Assembly: GCF_016433145.1 (NCBI RefSeq)
Contig: NC_058132.1
Span: 204,201,682 to 204,265,681 of the forward strand
Origin: Gracilinanus agilis
Taxonomy: Eukaryota
DNA length: 64,000 nucleotides
Reading direction: 5' to 3'
The translations under genes and the position numbers were made by a program. Below, in pieces: positions 33,701 to 49,228 of the stretch. The notes beneath the pieces are model-generated. The model saw only the letters and a program-made list of their open reading frames with translations. It did no database searches and was not told the DNA's origin. Each line of letters opens with the position of its first letter. Position 1 is the first letter of the stretch.

Positions 33701-36507
33701 CTTTATGGTGTGAGGTGGAACCTTAGAGCTGCTTTAAATCTAGAATTATTTGTGATTTGGAGCATTTTTTCATATGGCTATTGATAGCTTGGATTCCTTC
33801 CTCTGAGAACTTTACATTCTTTAGCCATTTGTCAATTGAGAAATGGCTTTTATTATAAATTTGAATCAGTTATTTACCTATATATCTTAGTAAAAATAAT
33901 AATAGCTAGCTGTGTTCTAGACAGTGTGCTAAGTGCTTTATGGGTATTATCTCACTTGGTCTTCACAACAACCCTGGGAGGTTGTTGCTATTATTATCCC
34001 CATTTTACAGATGATGAAATTGAGGCATACAGAAGTAAAAGTGACTTGCCCAGGGCAAAACAGCTAGTAAATCCCTGAGTTTAGATTTGAACTTGGGTCT
34101 TCCTAACTCCATACTCAGCGTTCTATCCACCGTACCATGCAGCTTGCCCTCAGCCAAACACCTTTATGAGAGAAACTTGCTATAAACACCTTACATTTCC
34201 TAGCTGCCTGCTTCTCCTCTAATTTTAACCACATCTGCCTCTTCTCCACCATACTTGAGTTGTACTTGACTGTTTTCTGCCTTCTCCCATTGGTTTTCTC
34301 TGCAAAGCTGCCCTTGAGGAATAAAAGAATCACTATCTTGGAAGTCTCAGGCTGGGAGGCAGCAGAGCTAAGGACTCCGGAAATTAGGGGAGGAAAAATG
34401 AAAGCCACTTGAACCAAGTTAAAATGTACCTGGGAAATATAGAATAAGATCAACAAAAATATACCATAAAACACAGATAACATGGTATTTTATAGCTAAG
34501 TCAATATACAGTCTGCAGGAATCCTTTGGTAGGGGTTAAATGATCCTGGTTTCTGTTTGAGTTTGACACCACTGGTGTAATACAAAGAGTACTGGATTTG
34601 GAATCAGATGATCTGGGTTCAAATCTTGGCATCTATTATTCACTCTCTGTGTGACCTTAAGCAAATCATTTTGTCTCCTCTCAGCCTCAGTTTCTTCATC
34701 TGCAAAACTGAATGATTGCATTTGAGAAAAATTTCTTAACATAGGATCTATGAACTTGATTTTTAAAAAAAAAATTGGTTTTAAAAAGGAGAATGTAGCT
34801 AGGTGGCTCAGTGGATAGAGCTTTAGGTTTGTGGTCAGGAGGACCTAGCCTCAGACATGTCCTACCTGTGACCCTGGGCAAGTCACTTATCCCTTTNNNN
34901 NNNNNNNNNNNNNNNNNNNNNNNNNNNNNNNNNNNNNNNNNNNNNNNNNNNNNNNNNNNNNNNNNNNNNNNNNNNNNNNNNNNNNNNNNNNNNNNNNNNN
35001 NNNNNNNNNNNNNNNNNNNNNNNNNNNNNNNGGGTTTTAAAAGAAAGTACAAAAAGAAAGACAGAAAGTAAAAGTTTAAAAAAATGTCGATAGTTGCTTC
35101 AATATAAGTGGTTTGTAGTCTTGTCTTTTCCTTTATTCATTTAAAAACATTTTTTTTTTGAGAAGGGTGCATATACTTCATCAGACTACCACAGAGTTTT
35201 ATTATAAAAAAAAATTAGCCTCTGGACTAGATGACCTCAAAGGTCCCTTCCAGCTCTAAAGCTTGTGTTCCTAAACTGATTTTACCAGAATGACAATGTT
35301 GTATGAGGAGGAGGGCATGTTTTATTACTAGCTCTGAACCCAATTCCCTCTGAGGGTTGGTTCTCAGTAAATGCTGTCGGCTATGTGGGCTTCCTTCCTC
35401 AAGGGTTCTGGGGCAAGCTGGAACATCAATTTCCTATAACCCCATCCTTCTCCTACTGCAGTCTCTCCAACAATCCACTCACAGCAGCAGGTCTAGCCCT
35501 ATTGGTAGAAGGCCTGAGCGGGAACACTTCTTTGACCCACCTGTCTCTGCTGCACACTGGGCTTGGGGATGAAGGTCTGGAGCTTCTGGCTACCCATCTG
35601 GAACGAAACCAACAGCTTCGGGAGCTGAATGTGGCCTACAATGGAGCAGGTGATGCAGCAGCCCTTGGCCTGGCTAGGGCTGCCAGGCAACACCCCTCTC
35701 TGGAGCTATTACAGTGAGTGATCATTCATTCCCTTCTCCTCCTTTCCTTGGGCCCAGCTTCTATCTTTTGAGGGTCAAAGACTCTTCCTACTTTATTAGT
35801 CAGCAATCATTGAGACCTACCTGTGTAGAGGTCCCCCCTCAGTCTTCACATCTTTTAATAAATACCTATGATTGAAATTCCTCTGGTCCCTATAGAACCT
35901 TGACCCTTTTGTGATTGGTCCTAACCTTTCCTTCTTCCGTCATTGTTTCTCTTAGGGCCCTGGCTGTCTGGTTCCCATACCAGCTCTGGTCTACATTATG
36001 CACTGTGGTTGATCCTTATTCCCCCTTAATCCATCATTGGCCACCATGCTCTCCTCTCTAACTTCCACTTAGTCATTTCTTCCTTCCTCACTGCCTCTCA
36101 TTGACTCTCTCTTTTATTATTTACTTTGCTTTTCCCACTGTGCCTCCTAGTGAGTTGACCCTTCTCTTCCCCCTTTTAACACTAGCCTCTACTTCAATGA
36201 GCTGAGCCCAGAGGGCCGGAAGAAGCTACGAGAGCTAGAAGGTGCTACTGCTGGAGGGGCCCGAGTGGCAGCATCACTGACTGAAGGCACAGCTGTGTCG
36301 GAGCACTGGTCTGTGATCTTGGGTGAAATTCAGCGCAATTTGAACAGCTGGGAGCGAGGCCGGGTCCAGCGTCACCTGACGATGCTACTACGAGACCTGG
36401 AAGACAGCCGGAGTGCCACCCTTAATCCCTGGCGCAAAGCCCAACTGCTGCGGGTGGAGGGCGAAGTCAAATCCCTATTGGAGGGCTTAGGTGGCCCGGT
36501 GAGTTGA
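18745..36507 (+). CDS. NLRX1: NLR family member X1 (mitochondrial NLR: targeting peptide, NACHT, LRR), complete, 975 aa
   Basis: Coding exons 18745-18814, 21607-21676, 22065-22153, 23376-23995, 25331-26152, 29298-29893, 30806-30892, 35462-35713, 36186-36507 sum to 2928 nt = 975 aa + stop, the human length as recalled. Walker A GTVGTGKS 23642-23665; EEFQLL LIR-type motif 25868-25879; R699 codon CGC 29721-29723; LRRs in the last exons; TGA 36505-36507. Confidence 0.97.
19637..19842 (-). mobile_element. Young SINE copy with long TSD
   Basis: Full-length tRNA/CORE SINE with poly(T) on plus; 18-bp TSD AGGGAGGGGGCTAGTTTT at 19619-19636 and 19843-19860. Confidence 0.92.
20100..20550 (+). mobile_element. 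L1 3'UTR fragment in NLRX1 intron
   Basis: Homologous to 7470-7890 (CTCCAGGAATTGATGCAGAG...GTAACCATGGAAAAATATTCTAA), with an A-rich tail. Confidence 0.8.
22225..22282 (+). repeat. (CCAT)n microsatellite, about 70 bp downstream of the NLRX1 exon donor at 22153
   Basis: Direct inspection. Confidence 0.95.
32023..33198 (+). repeat. 138-bp direct duplication (32023-32160 and 33061-33198)
   Basis: Manual alignment gives 9 substitutions in 138 bp (about 93.5% identity), no indels. Confidence 0.9.
32160..32785 (+). mobile_element. Possible solo-LTR-like insertion in the NLRX1 intron 30893-35461
   Basis: Starts TGACAAATTGG, TATA-like GTATAAG near 32456, AATAAA near 32604, ends near GAATGGCTAC. No clean TSD seen. 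Confidence 0.3.
32790..33830 (-). mobile_element. Old L1-type remnant
   Basis: T-rich tail at the left; similar decayed copies near 20770-21400, 24470-24960 and 48400-49228. Confidence 0.55.
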
Positions 36508-37134
36508 GGCAGGCATTAGGCACAGAGTTGTCCTATTCTTTGGTACCTACCCCTTTGTCCCTTGTTGCCCTCCATATATAGTGGTGGAGAGATCCTTCTC
36601 TGAACTGAGAGGGACACTTCAGACTTTGGGGTGAGGGAATAGTCACAGCCCTGCTTTGATATAACATGTCCTCCCTATTCTCCCTAAACTCTGGAGAGTC
36701 CAGATCGTAGCCACAAAACTGTTGCTGTATGACCATTGGGGGAATTTGCTTATTCGAATTTTTTTGGGGAGGTGTGTCAGCAACACATAAGGGGGCTCTT
36801 CCTAAGCTCTTTAAGGGCCAGGTCATTCCCTTCCACTCTCCTTGAGAATTAGGCGATGAAGCTGAACATCATCTCAACCATCCCTACTTGTTGTGGCCTA
36901 TGCTAGTCCCTTCTTCCTGGAGGGCTCACTCAGATTAGTTGTGAAGACAATGACCATCTACATGCCCACACAGTCCCCTCCTCCTTCCTGTGCTAAATCA
37001 AGTCCGCTGTGGATTCAAGGGGAGCCAGTAGATGCCTTTTTCTTCCATTGGTGCCTTCTTATTTGCTTTCCCCAGGCTCTCAATGATGCGCAAAGCATGG
37101 TGGCTCCCAGAAACAGGTGCCCTGATTTGCTGCC

Positions 37135-37140
37135 ATTAAA
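37135..37140 (+). terminator. NLRX1: Candidate NLRX1 poly(A) signal ATTAAA
   Basis: Variant hexamer about 630 nt after the stop, followed by GU/U-rich sequence (TGTGTCTTCC...TGTTGTGGTCTCTTTC). Confidence 0.4.
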
Positions 37141-37758
37141 AACAAAAATGTGTGTCTTCCACCTAATGTTGTGGTCTCTTCTTTCTTGGCAAAAAAAAAA
37201 AAAAATCTATTACTGGTTGAACCAATGCCCTCCTAGAAATACCCTGGGATTAATTCTCAAGAAAGAGAAAAGCCCAGGGTGGGCTTTATACTATCGACTG
37301 TATGCTTCCCTTCTTCAGAGTTCTGGGGCAAGAAAGGGCATCATTTCCCCATCTCTTTTTTTTTTCTCCTACTGTTGTTTCTCCAACAAACAACTCACAG
37401 CAGAGGGTCTGGTCCATTGGTGGAAGGTTTGAGCTAGCTCCCCTCTCTCCCTATTTATTTCAATTGTGAGTGGTTTAATGCCCTACAAATCACTCAGGCA
37501 TGCACTCTAACATGCTGAGGGGGAAATTTGGAGAAAGGATAGGTAGTCCATGGTGCTGCCAGGCTGGTCCTATTCATTTCAACTTTATCTTTAGACTCCG
37601 AATGACAATGCCTGTACCTCTTGGTTTGCAAGACACAGAGGGGAGACTCCTGAAGCTGGTTGAACAGTGGCAGATGGGCACCTTCTGAGGAAAGTTGGGG
37701 CCTAAAAAGGGAAATAGGAGAAAGTTCTCCACTTTCCTAGAGGCAAGGTTCTCTTCCC

Positions 37759-37849
37759 GTTAACCATTACCTTGGGCATCAGCGTCTTGAAGGAGGCGGG
37801 ACTCAGAGAAGGAAAAGAAGGGTCAGCTGGTTGTGGTGGACCTTGTCCT
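37759..37849 (+). promoter_or_regulatory. PDZD3: HNF1-like and HNF4 DR1-like sites just upstream of the PDZD3 ATG
   Basis: GTTAACCATTACC (37759-37771) vs HNF1 consensus GTTAATNATTAAC; TGGACCTTGTCCT (37837-37849), reverse complement AGGACAAGGTCCA, vs HNF4 AGGNCAAAGTCCA. Confidence 0.5.
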
Positions 37850-37872
37850 TACTCTGAGCACTCCACCCAGAC

Positions 37873-40800
37873 ATGGAAGCAGCAACAGGTAGAGAGCATA
37901 ATGAGGTTCCCTCTAAGGAGGGGTCCTTGGCGGGAGATAATCAAGATGGGGAACCTGGCACCTTGGAGTTAGTGGTCTGGGTGTGGGTACTGGGGAGGAA
38001 GGAATTATGATAGGATAAATATTTGCTTCATTCACATTCGCTATGTATCTCTACTTGTATCTGTGCCAGAAATCTTGGGGTTAGAGAGGGAGCTGGGGGC
38101 AAAAGGGCAACCTGCATGGGAATGGGGTTCAGACAAAGATAGATCATTTGGGTGGTATAATCCAGAACTGGTGAGGGCATGTGTATACCTTACCCTCACT
38201 TTACTCTCTCCCCTCCAGATCTCCAAGACACAGCCACATTACCTCTGTGAGTTCTGTCCAGAGGAGAAGGGAGGTGTCTTTACTCTTCCTCTATGTTAAG
38301 GAGGATGAAAGCAAGGAATAAGAGATATTGGGAATATTGTTTCTGTTGTGTTTAGTGGGGGTGGGGGTGGAAAGAGGAGGAATGAAATGGTTTTAGATTG
38401 GGGTGGAGCTTTGGTGAAATCTCACTTGGGCATAGTGCCCAGGATGGTACTATGTTTTCCACTTGCCTCTTTACAGGAAGTTTAAATTTAACCCAAAGCT
38501 GGGGATTGATAATCCTGTACTTTCATTAGCTGATGACCAAGACCGCCTTGGTAATTTTCTTAGAATCTCAAATTCATCTATTCCCTTTAAATGAAAAGTA
38601 TTCTAGCTTTTCTCCCAAACACCGCCATCTCCATAGTAACTACCTTTTTCCATCACCCAGAGAACACCAGATAGTAATGTGGGCCCCTGTCAGTTTTTCT
38701 CCATCCCCATGCTACTAGAGTCCTTTAAACGCTGCCTATAGGGGATAGGCACTCTTACCCCAGGTGTGCCTTATTCTCCAGTATCCTCCCCCTGCTTCTC
38801 CTAGAGTGGTATTTCTGACCTGTGTCCTAGAGGGGATGGTAGTGTCCCCTGAAAGATGGAATAGTGGCAGTGCCCATGGTGATAATCTGCCTCCCTTTTC
38901 CTCCTCCTCTGAGTCTGGCCTCTCCTTCTCTGCCAGATTCCTGGGGTGGTCAGCGGCCTCGTTTCTGTCTGCTGAGCAGGGAGGAGGGGGGTAAATTTGG
39001 CTTCTACCTGCATAAGGAGCTGGGCCGGACTGGGCACATAGTTCGAAGGGTGGAACCAGGCACTTCTGCTCAGCGCCAAGGACTTCGGGATGGAGACCGA
39101 ATCCTGGGAGTCAATGGAGACATTGTGGAGCATGAGGATTATCGTGGGGTAAGGTTGTCTAGGACAGGGGCAATGCCAAGGAAAGAAAAAAATCCCCATC
39201 AGTTACAGAGGGCAGGTTGGTTACTCATTAGAGTGGTAGGTTCTATCATCTAAGCACCACTGAATTCTCTCTTTCTCCCAGAAGAGAAAGAATAGCACAG
39301 GAAATGCAGGGGAAGGGAAGAGTTTGGGTGAAGACCTAGAGGGAAATGCTATCTATGTGCTGCTGTGGATATCAAGATGGGTATTCCTTCAGGAGCTCCT
39401 GTGGTTCCTTCCCTGCTCAGGTGGTTCGGCGAATTCGGGCTAGTGGTCCCCGGGTGCTGCTGATAGTGTTGGCGGGGCATGTGGAAGAGGTCCGTGCTCA
39501 TCAGGCTGATGGTGCTCATCTCTGTCCTGTCCTGGATTCTGGTGTCAGACCTCGGCTGTGCCATGTGGCAAAAGATGAGAGTGGCTTTGGTTTTAGCATC
39601 ACCCATGGTGAGAAGTGCTTCTAAGGATCTGAATGGGGGTTGGGAGCAGGTACTCAGTTAGGGAGAAGGCTTTCTCACCTGGGCAGGCAGCAGCCTGAAC
39701 CTTGTTCTCTACTCCCAGGAGAGAGGGGCTTTTTCTGGTTGATATTGACTTGTGGAGGAGCAGCAGAGCGGGCAGGGGTCCCCCAGGGGGCTCGGCTGCT
39801 GGAAGTAAATGGGATCAGTGTGGAAAATTTCTCGAGTAGTCAACTCAACAGAAAGGTACAGGGCTTCTTCCCTTGCCTTTTTCAATTTCCGTCTGGACAT
39901 CCAGAAGTCCTGTCTTCTGCCTTCAGTTAGCACATCTATAGATGGGGAGGTAGAAGGAAGGTGAAGCATCTTCTCTGTCTAAGGAAGTGTCTCATTCTCA
40001 CACTAGATTACTCTCACCTCACCACTGGAGGATTTGCTTTTGATGTTTCAATTAGAAGCACACTGACTGGGTCTGGAGTCAGAGGACCTGGGTTCAGATC
40101 CATCCCACTGCTGACATATCCTACCTATGTGACTTTGGAAAAGTCACAGCTTCCCAGGGTCTCTGTTTTCTTGTCTGTAAGATGAAGGATTTAGAATAGA
40201 TGGTCTCTTGAGGTCCCTTCTGATGCTAGATCTATGATCCTATGCTGAATTTTGATCCTGCCCTTTGAAGGTTCATACTGTGGGTCCCTTCTATCCTTAT
40301 CCTTCCACAGTGCCAGGGCTGCATGATGACCCAGCCACTTCTCAATACCTCTTTTCCTGTGTTTGGGAGGAGAGGATTCTGGGGAAGCATCTGTCTTGAA
40401 ATACTCTCTTGTTGTTTGGTATTTACGTTTGGTCTGGGGGTCCTCACAGCTTCGGCAGAGCGGGGAGCAGGTAACTCTCCTGGTGGCAGGGCCAGAGGTG
40501 GAAGAACAATGCCGTCAAATGGGCTTACCTCTGGCTGCCCCCCTGGCTGAGGGCTGGGCACTGCCTGCCCGGCCACGACAATTGCATCTAGAAAAAGGAC
40601 CCAAGGGGTTTGGCTTCTTGCTTCGAGAGGAGAAAGGTCCTAATGGACAGCTTGGTGAGTGGGGGATCATGGAAAGAATGGAATGAGGGAGGTGGGTGGG
40701 TAGGGAGAATAGGGATGGGCATGTACATAAATTAGTATCTACCTATCCCCTCCAGGTATATAGAGGGAGCTATGCTTCCTTCCCTTCCCGTACCTTGGTG

Positions 40801-42218
40801 TTAATATGACCCTATTTGAACCTATATATTCTCTCCTTCCCCTTTCCTCATACAACTCGGGAAAATATCCATACAAGCCACAGGTCAATGTCTACTTGTT
40901 CTGGGCTGTCCAAGTCTGTGATCCTGGGCTGGGGAAAGGAGCAAGGAGCATGTTTGTATCCTAGGGCAGTTCCTATGGGAGGTGGATCCAGGGCTGCCAG
41001 CAGATAAAGCTGGGATGCGGGCTGGGGACCGGTTGGTTGCTGTGGCTGGGGATAGTGTGGAAGGACTGGACCATGAAGAGGCTGTGACCAGGATCTTGGC
41101 GCAAGGCTGTCATCTCTCCCTGACTGTTGTGGACCCTGATGCTGACAACTTCTACAGCAAGGTATGACCTAACACTTGGGGATGGAACTAGATGGCATGG
41201 AAAATGGAGCAAGAGGTTTGTCCTATCTGTCTCATTTAGGTCCGTCTGTCTCCTCTCCTCTTTTTGGAGAATGCTGGTCCCCAAGCAACTGGGGAACTTC
41301 CTGGAAATTCCCAGGAGCTTACTTCAGTGTCTCAGGTGGAGGATCAAGCATCCTTGGCAACAGATCTGGCCCCATCACTTGAAGTTTCTACCTCCCTTGT
41401 TCCTCCCAACCTACCCAGCTTCCGTCTTTGCCTTCTGAGCCCAGGGCCTAATGGTGGTTATGGTTTCCGACTCAGTTGTGGGGCAGACAAGCCTGATATC
41501 GTCATTTCCCAGGTGATGTACCTTTGATCCCTTAATTTTAGCTCCCATACTTAAAGAAGTTTCTCTAGAAACAGAGAGCCTAGCCCATATCTCATCTTTT
41601 TTTTTCATACCTTATCTTTTATATTATCTTGTATTCCATGACCCCATAATTACATGGACCCTAGGGATGCCTATTCTTCCTGTGTCTTCCCTCCTTTGTA
41701 CCATATTTTACTTGGTGGATTGGCTTCTGTTCCCAGGTAACCCCAGGAGGCTCAGCTTCTCGAGCAGGCCTTCATGTGGGGGATGTGATCCTGGAGGTGA
41801 ATGGTCAATCTGTGGGTAGGGAGAATGTTTTCGAGGTGCTGCAGCAGTTTACTGATGCTAAGCCACCCCTTCGTCTGAGGCTGGCAGCCCAGGGAGGACG
41901 AGGCATTGAAGCTTGCTACTCTACAGAGCCAGGAGAGGTGAGAATTTAGAGAGGTAGGGAGCAAGGAAGTGAGATGGGGAGGATGAAGAGAGAAGGGATT
42001 ACAGTAGAGAGCTCCTAGCATTAAAACAGATGGATAGAATAGAGGGTACCAAGGTTGGGGAATAGAGTTGCAGAACAGATATTATGCTCTATTCATGGGG
42101 ATTCCTGTCCTGAGAAATGTGAGGGAAAGGAAATGGTCATTGGATTTTAGGTTATTAATCTCTCATCTTCACTTATTTCCAAACCTAGGACTGGATTCTG
42201 CCCTCAGAGAGTCTCTAG
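37873..42218 (+). CDS. PDZD3: PDZ domain-containing 3 / NHERF4 / IKEPP (4 PDZ domains), complete, 519 aa
   Basis: Exons 37873-37888 (MEAAT), 38219-38246, 38477-38550 ([18 protein letters not shown]), 38937-39148, 39421-39607, 39719-39855, 40450-40654, 40965-41161, 41240-41512, 41737-41937, 42189-42218 ([12 protein letters not shown]) sum to 1560 nt. Four GLGF-type loops (GKFGF, SGFGF, KGFGF, GGYGF). Confidence 0.95.
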
Positions 42219-43626
42219 ATATCCTATCTGGATCTGCCTGATGTTTCTTTGTCTACTACACTTATTTCAGAAGTGGTTGGAAATTCCTGAGCCCAGTGGC
42301 TAGAGAGGTGGGATGTCCTTGTAGGACTACAGAGGCCTCCTGGGATGTCTCTTTCCTTTCCTAGGACTTTACTCTCTGGGAAAGGATGGAGGAAGTAGCT
42401 TTGCCCAATGAGCAGTCACTGGGTTTGCTCTGACAACAGCTTCCCATCCATATTTCCATGCAGGAGAAATGTACAGGAGTTTGGTAGGGCCAGAGTACCC
42501 CAAAGATAAAGTTTGTTTGGGGGGAAGAGTAGGACCTGCAAAGACTGGGATCTCCTGTATTATATCTGAGAGGTGGGACCAATGCTCTCCACTGATGTGT
42601 GATGATGCAGAACATTCAATTAAAGTCAAAGACCAGTATCATAATTTCTTCTGTGAGACCTCCCTTTTCATGATGTCACTTCATAGAGCTCTCTGAGCCT
42701 GGAGCTATAAAGACCTGAGTTTAAATCTGGTCTCAGACACCCCAGACACTGTCTGTCCAGCCTTGAGCAAGTCACTTAACCTCTGTTTGCCTCAGTTTCC
42801 TCAGTAAAATGGGAGAAATTAAAACCTGTCTTCCAGGGTTGTTGTGAGAATCCAGTGAAATAATATTTCTAAAATTCTAAATAAATGCTTATTTCTTTCA
42901 TTTCTTCCCTCATGACCTATGCGGAGAGCAAGGGACACCACTGGGATTTGGGAGCAACAGATCACTATTGACTTAGATCTTATTGAAATTACTCTTTCCC
43001 GCAAGTCTCCCATCTATGTTTGTATTAAAGTAGAAAAGGAATGAGAAAGGAAGAAGAAAGGAAAAAGGATTTATATAGTGCTTACTGTGCACTAAGCACT
43101 TTAAAAATATTATGTCATTTGACTCTCATAACAACCCTTAGACATAAGTGCTGATATTATCCCCATATTATAGTTGAGGAAACTGAGGCAAATAGAGGTT
43201 AAGTGATTTGCCCATGGTTACACAGCTAGTAAGTGCCTGAGGCTGGATTTAAATTCAGATCTTTTTGACTCCAGGCCTGTTGCTTTATACATTGCATCAC
43301 TTAGCTATCTTTGACATGAGGTCGAGGATTCCATGAGCCTTGGGGATGAAGATCAAGGTTCCATGAGCTGTGGTGATACAGTTTGGGGTATTATCTCTGC
43401 AGATGGGTTGAGTTTGGCAACATTTCTTTCCCCTCAACTCAGCAAAGCATTAGATATTTTTGCCTCCAACCCAATATGCTTTCTCCCGACTAGTGGAACT
43501 CATCTCCCTGCTATACCCCAATCTTCCTCCCATGCTAGCTGCATCTAGAGAAGGAATTCAAGGGCTCTGGATTCTTGCTTCAGAAGAAGAAAGGCCCCCT
43601 GGTGTTTAGTGCTACAGCATAAAACT

Positions 43627-43632
43627 TTTATT
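43627..43632 (-). terminator. CCDC153: CCDC153 poly(A) signal AATAAA
   Basis: TTTATT on the plus strand, about 33 nt beyond the stop codon. Confidence 0.7.
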
Positions 43633-43664
43633 GTTGGGAGTCTACAAGACCCTATAGTCCATCT

Positions 43665-47387
<3,723 letters not shown>

Positions 47388-47813
47388 CTTGGTGTCCTGT
47401 GGGAAGAAATGGGATTGTGTTCAATCTCTGGGTACCAAGGAGATGCCCTCTCTACTCTCATTTCAAGGTGACTCTCTTTGGTGGAATGATAATGGGTGTT
47501 TAGCTCTCATTCTCTAAGTAAAAAAAAAAAAAAATCTCTAGGTCCTCTTTTGAAGAAAGTAATTCTTTGTATAAGGTTGGCTTTGTGCCTACCTATGCCC
47601 CTTATTTCTCTGCCTCCCCCTATAAGTACCTCCCCAGCTGTGGCTCCTATCTCCTTTCTGTTGTGTCTTCCCTGAGAGCTCAGTGGCAAAGGCAGTGGGG
47701 TTGGCCCAATGAGCTAGAAGCCTGGGTGGGGGGGGCTGGATTAGGAGAACCAATTGGCAATGTAGGGGGTGGAGCTAGTGACACTAGGGCTGAGTTTCTG
47801 GTCTGCCTTCTGT

Positions 47814-47822
47814 CCTAGCAAC
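47814..47822 (-). promoter_or_regulatory. CCDC153: RFX X-box-like half site in the CCDC153 upstream region
   Basis: CCTAGCAAC (minus GTTGCTAGG), about 420 bp upstream of the ATG-exon acceptor at 47396/47397. Confidence 0.45.
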
Positions 47823-48088
47823 TAAGAAACTTGGGAGTTCATAGGAAGATAGAATTAACTAATGAGATTTTCCCTACCCTTCATGAATCTCCTTTCCCTA
47901 TTTCATATCCCAGAGGGAGCTGGTGAAGAATGACTTTTGGAGAAGATTGATTCAGACTTTTGGGGAGACCTTCAGTTTGGAACATTATATATTTTAAATT
48001 TTTCAAAAAGTTTTATTATGCTGCTGATGACCACAGTAATAATAAATATTTAGTATAATTCCCGTAAGATGAAAGGTTTGGAATACAG

Positions 48089-48376
48089 CAGTGATGGTGA
48101 ACCTTTCAGAGACCCAGTGCCATGCCAACCCTCCCTTCCCCCCCACAGGGGAGGGAGGAAGTGCTTCCATTGGGCTGCTGGGCAGAGAGGTGGGTGATGT
48201 GAAAAAATGTTGTCAGGCATGGTGGAAAGGGGAAAGGGAGCAGCTCTCTCAAGTCCCTCTACTCTTCTAGTAATGAACTCTGGCAGGGGTTGGGTAAAGG
48301 GAGGACCATATATGTGCCCACAGAAAGCTCTCTGTGTGCCCTCTTTGGTACATGTGCTGTAGGTTTGTCATCATGG
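48089..48376. mobile_element. hAT MITE, OposCharlie3-like (family name from memory)
   Basis: Starts CAGTGATGGTGGAACCT, ends AGGTTTGTCATCATGG (degenerate TIR). Flanks GAATACAG / GATTAGAG match at 6/8 as a decayed 8-bp TSD. Confidence 0.7.
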
Positions 48377-49228
48377 GATTAGAGGATTAGTATAGTTTAT
48401 ATTTTTTACTTTTTAAAATTAACTTCCTTTCTTTGAATATATTCCTCTTTTACCCATTGAGCCATGTGCCAAAAAAGAAAAAATAAAGCAGAAGGAAGTT
48501 CAGCAAAAATAACCAACATATCTAAATTTGATCATATAATATGCAACCTTCCTAAAACCACAGTTCTCTACCTCTGCAATAAAGGGAGTTGAATATTATC
48601 TTTTCTCTGAGGTCCTAGGCTAGTTGATTGTTGAGGAAACTTTTGGCTCTAAAATGTAATGATTTTATTCTGTTTTTTATTCTTTTATCATTTGCTTTTG
48701 CTTTACTTTTCACTGTTATACTTTTATTTATATCATCTCTATCTCTCAGAATGTCCCTCCCCTACTCAAAGAAGCATTCCTTTTAACAAAGAATAAAAAA
48801 GAGAGAAAAAAAGCACTTCAGCAAAATCCAAATTCCATGGGGTCAGTAGTAGACAGAGAGCCAGGTCTAGAGATGGAGGTCCTGGGTTCAAAAATCTGTT
48901 TTCAGACACTTCCTTCCTGTGTGACCCTGGGCAAGTCACTAAGCCCCATTACTTAGTCCTTACTGCTCTTCTGTATTGGAGCTAATACTTGGTATTCTAA
49001 GACAGAAGGGAAGAGTTAAAAAAACCCACAGACAAACCAATTACTATATCAACTAAGTTTGACAGTTTCTGCTATATTCTATAGATGTGATCCCCTTGAC
49101 TTTGCTAAAATGGAAGGGAAGCACATTTTCTAATTGTTTCTTTGAGACCAAGCTTGGTCATTATAATTACATATAGTTTAGTTTAAATTTTTTTTTGTTT
49201 TGTTGTTGTTTTTCTTTCCATTTATATT

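Noticed and set aside
41162-41239. 78-nt PDZD3 intron (multiple of 3) as an in-frame retained intron
   Set aside because: Second codon is TGA; the 111-nt intron 39608-39718 also has an in-frame TAA.
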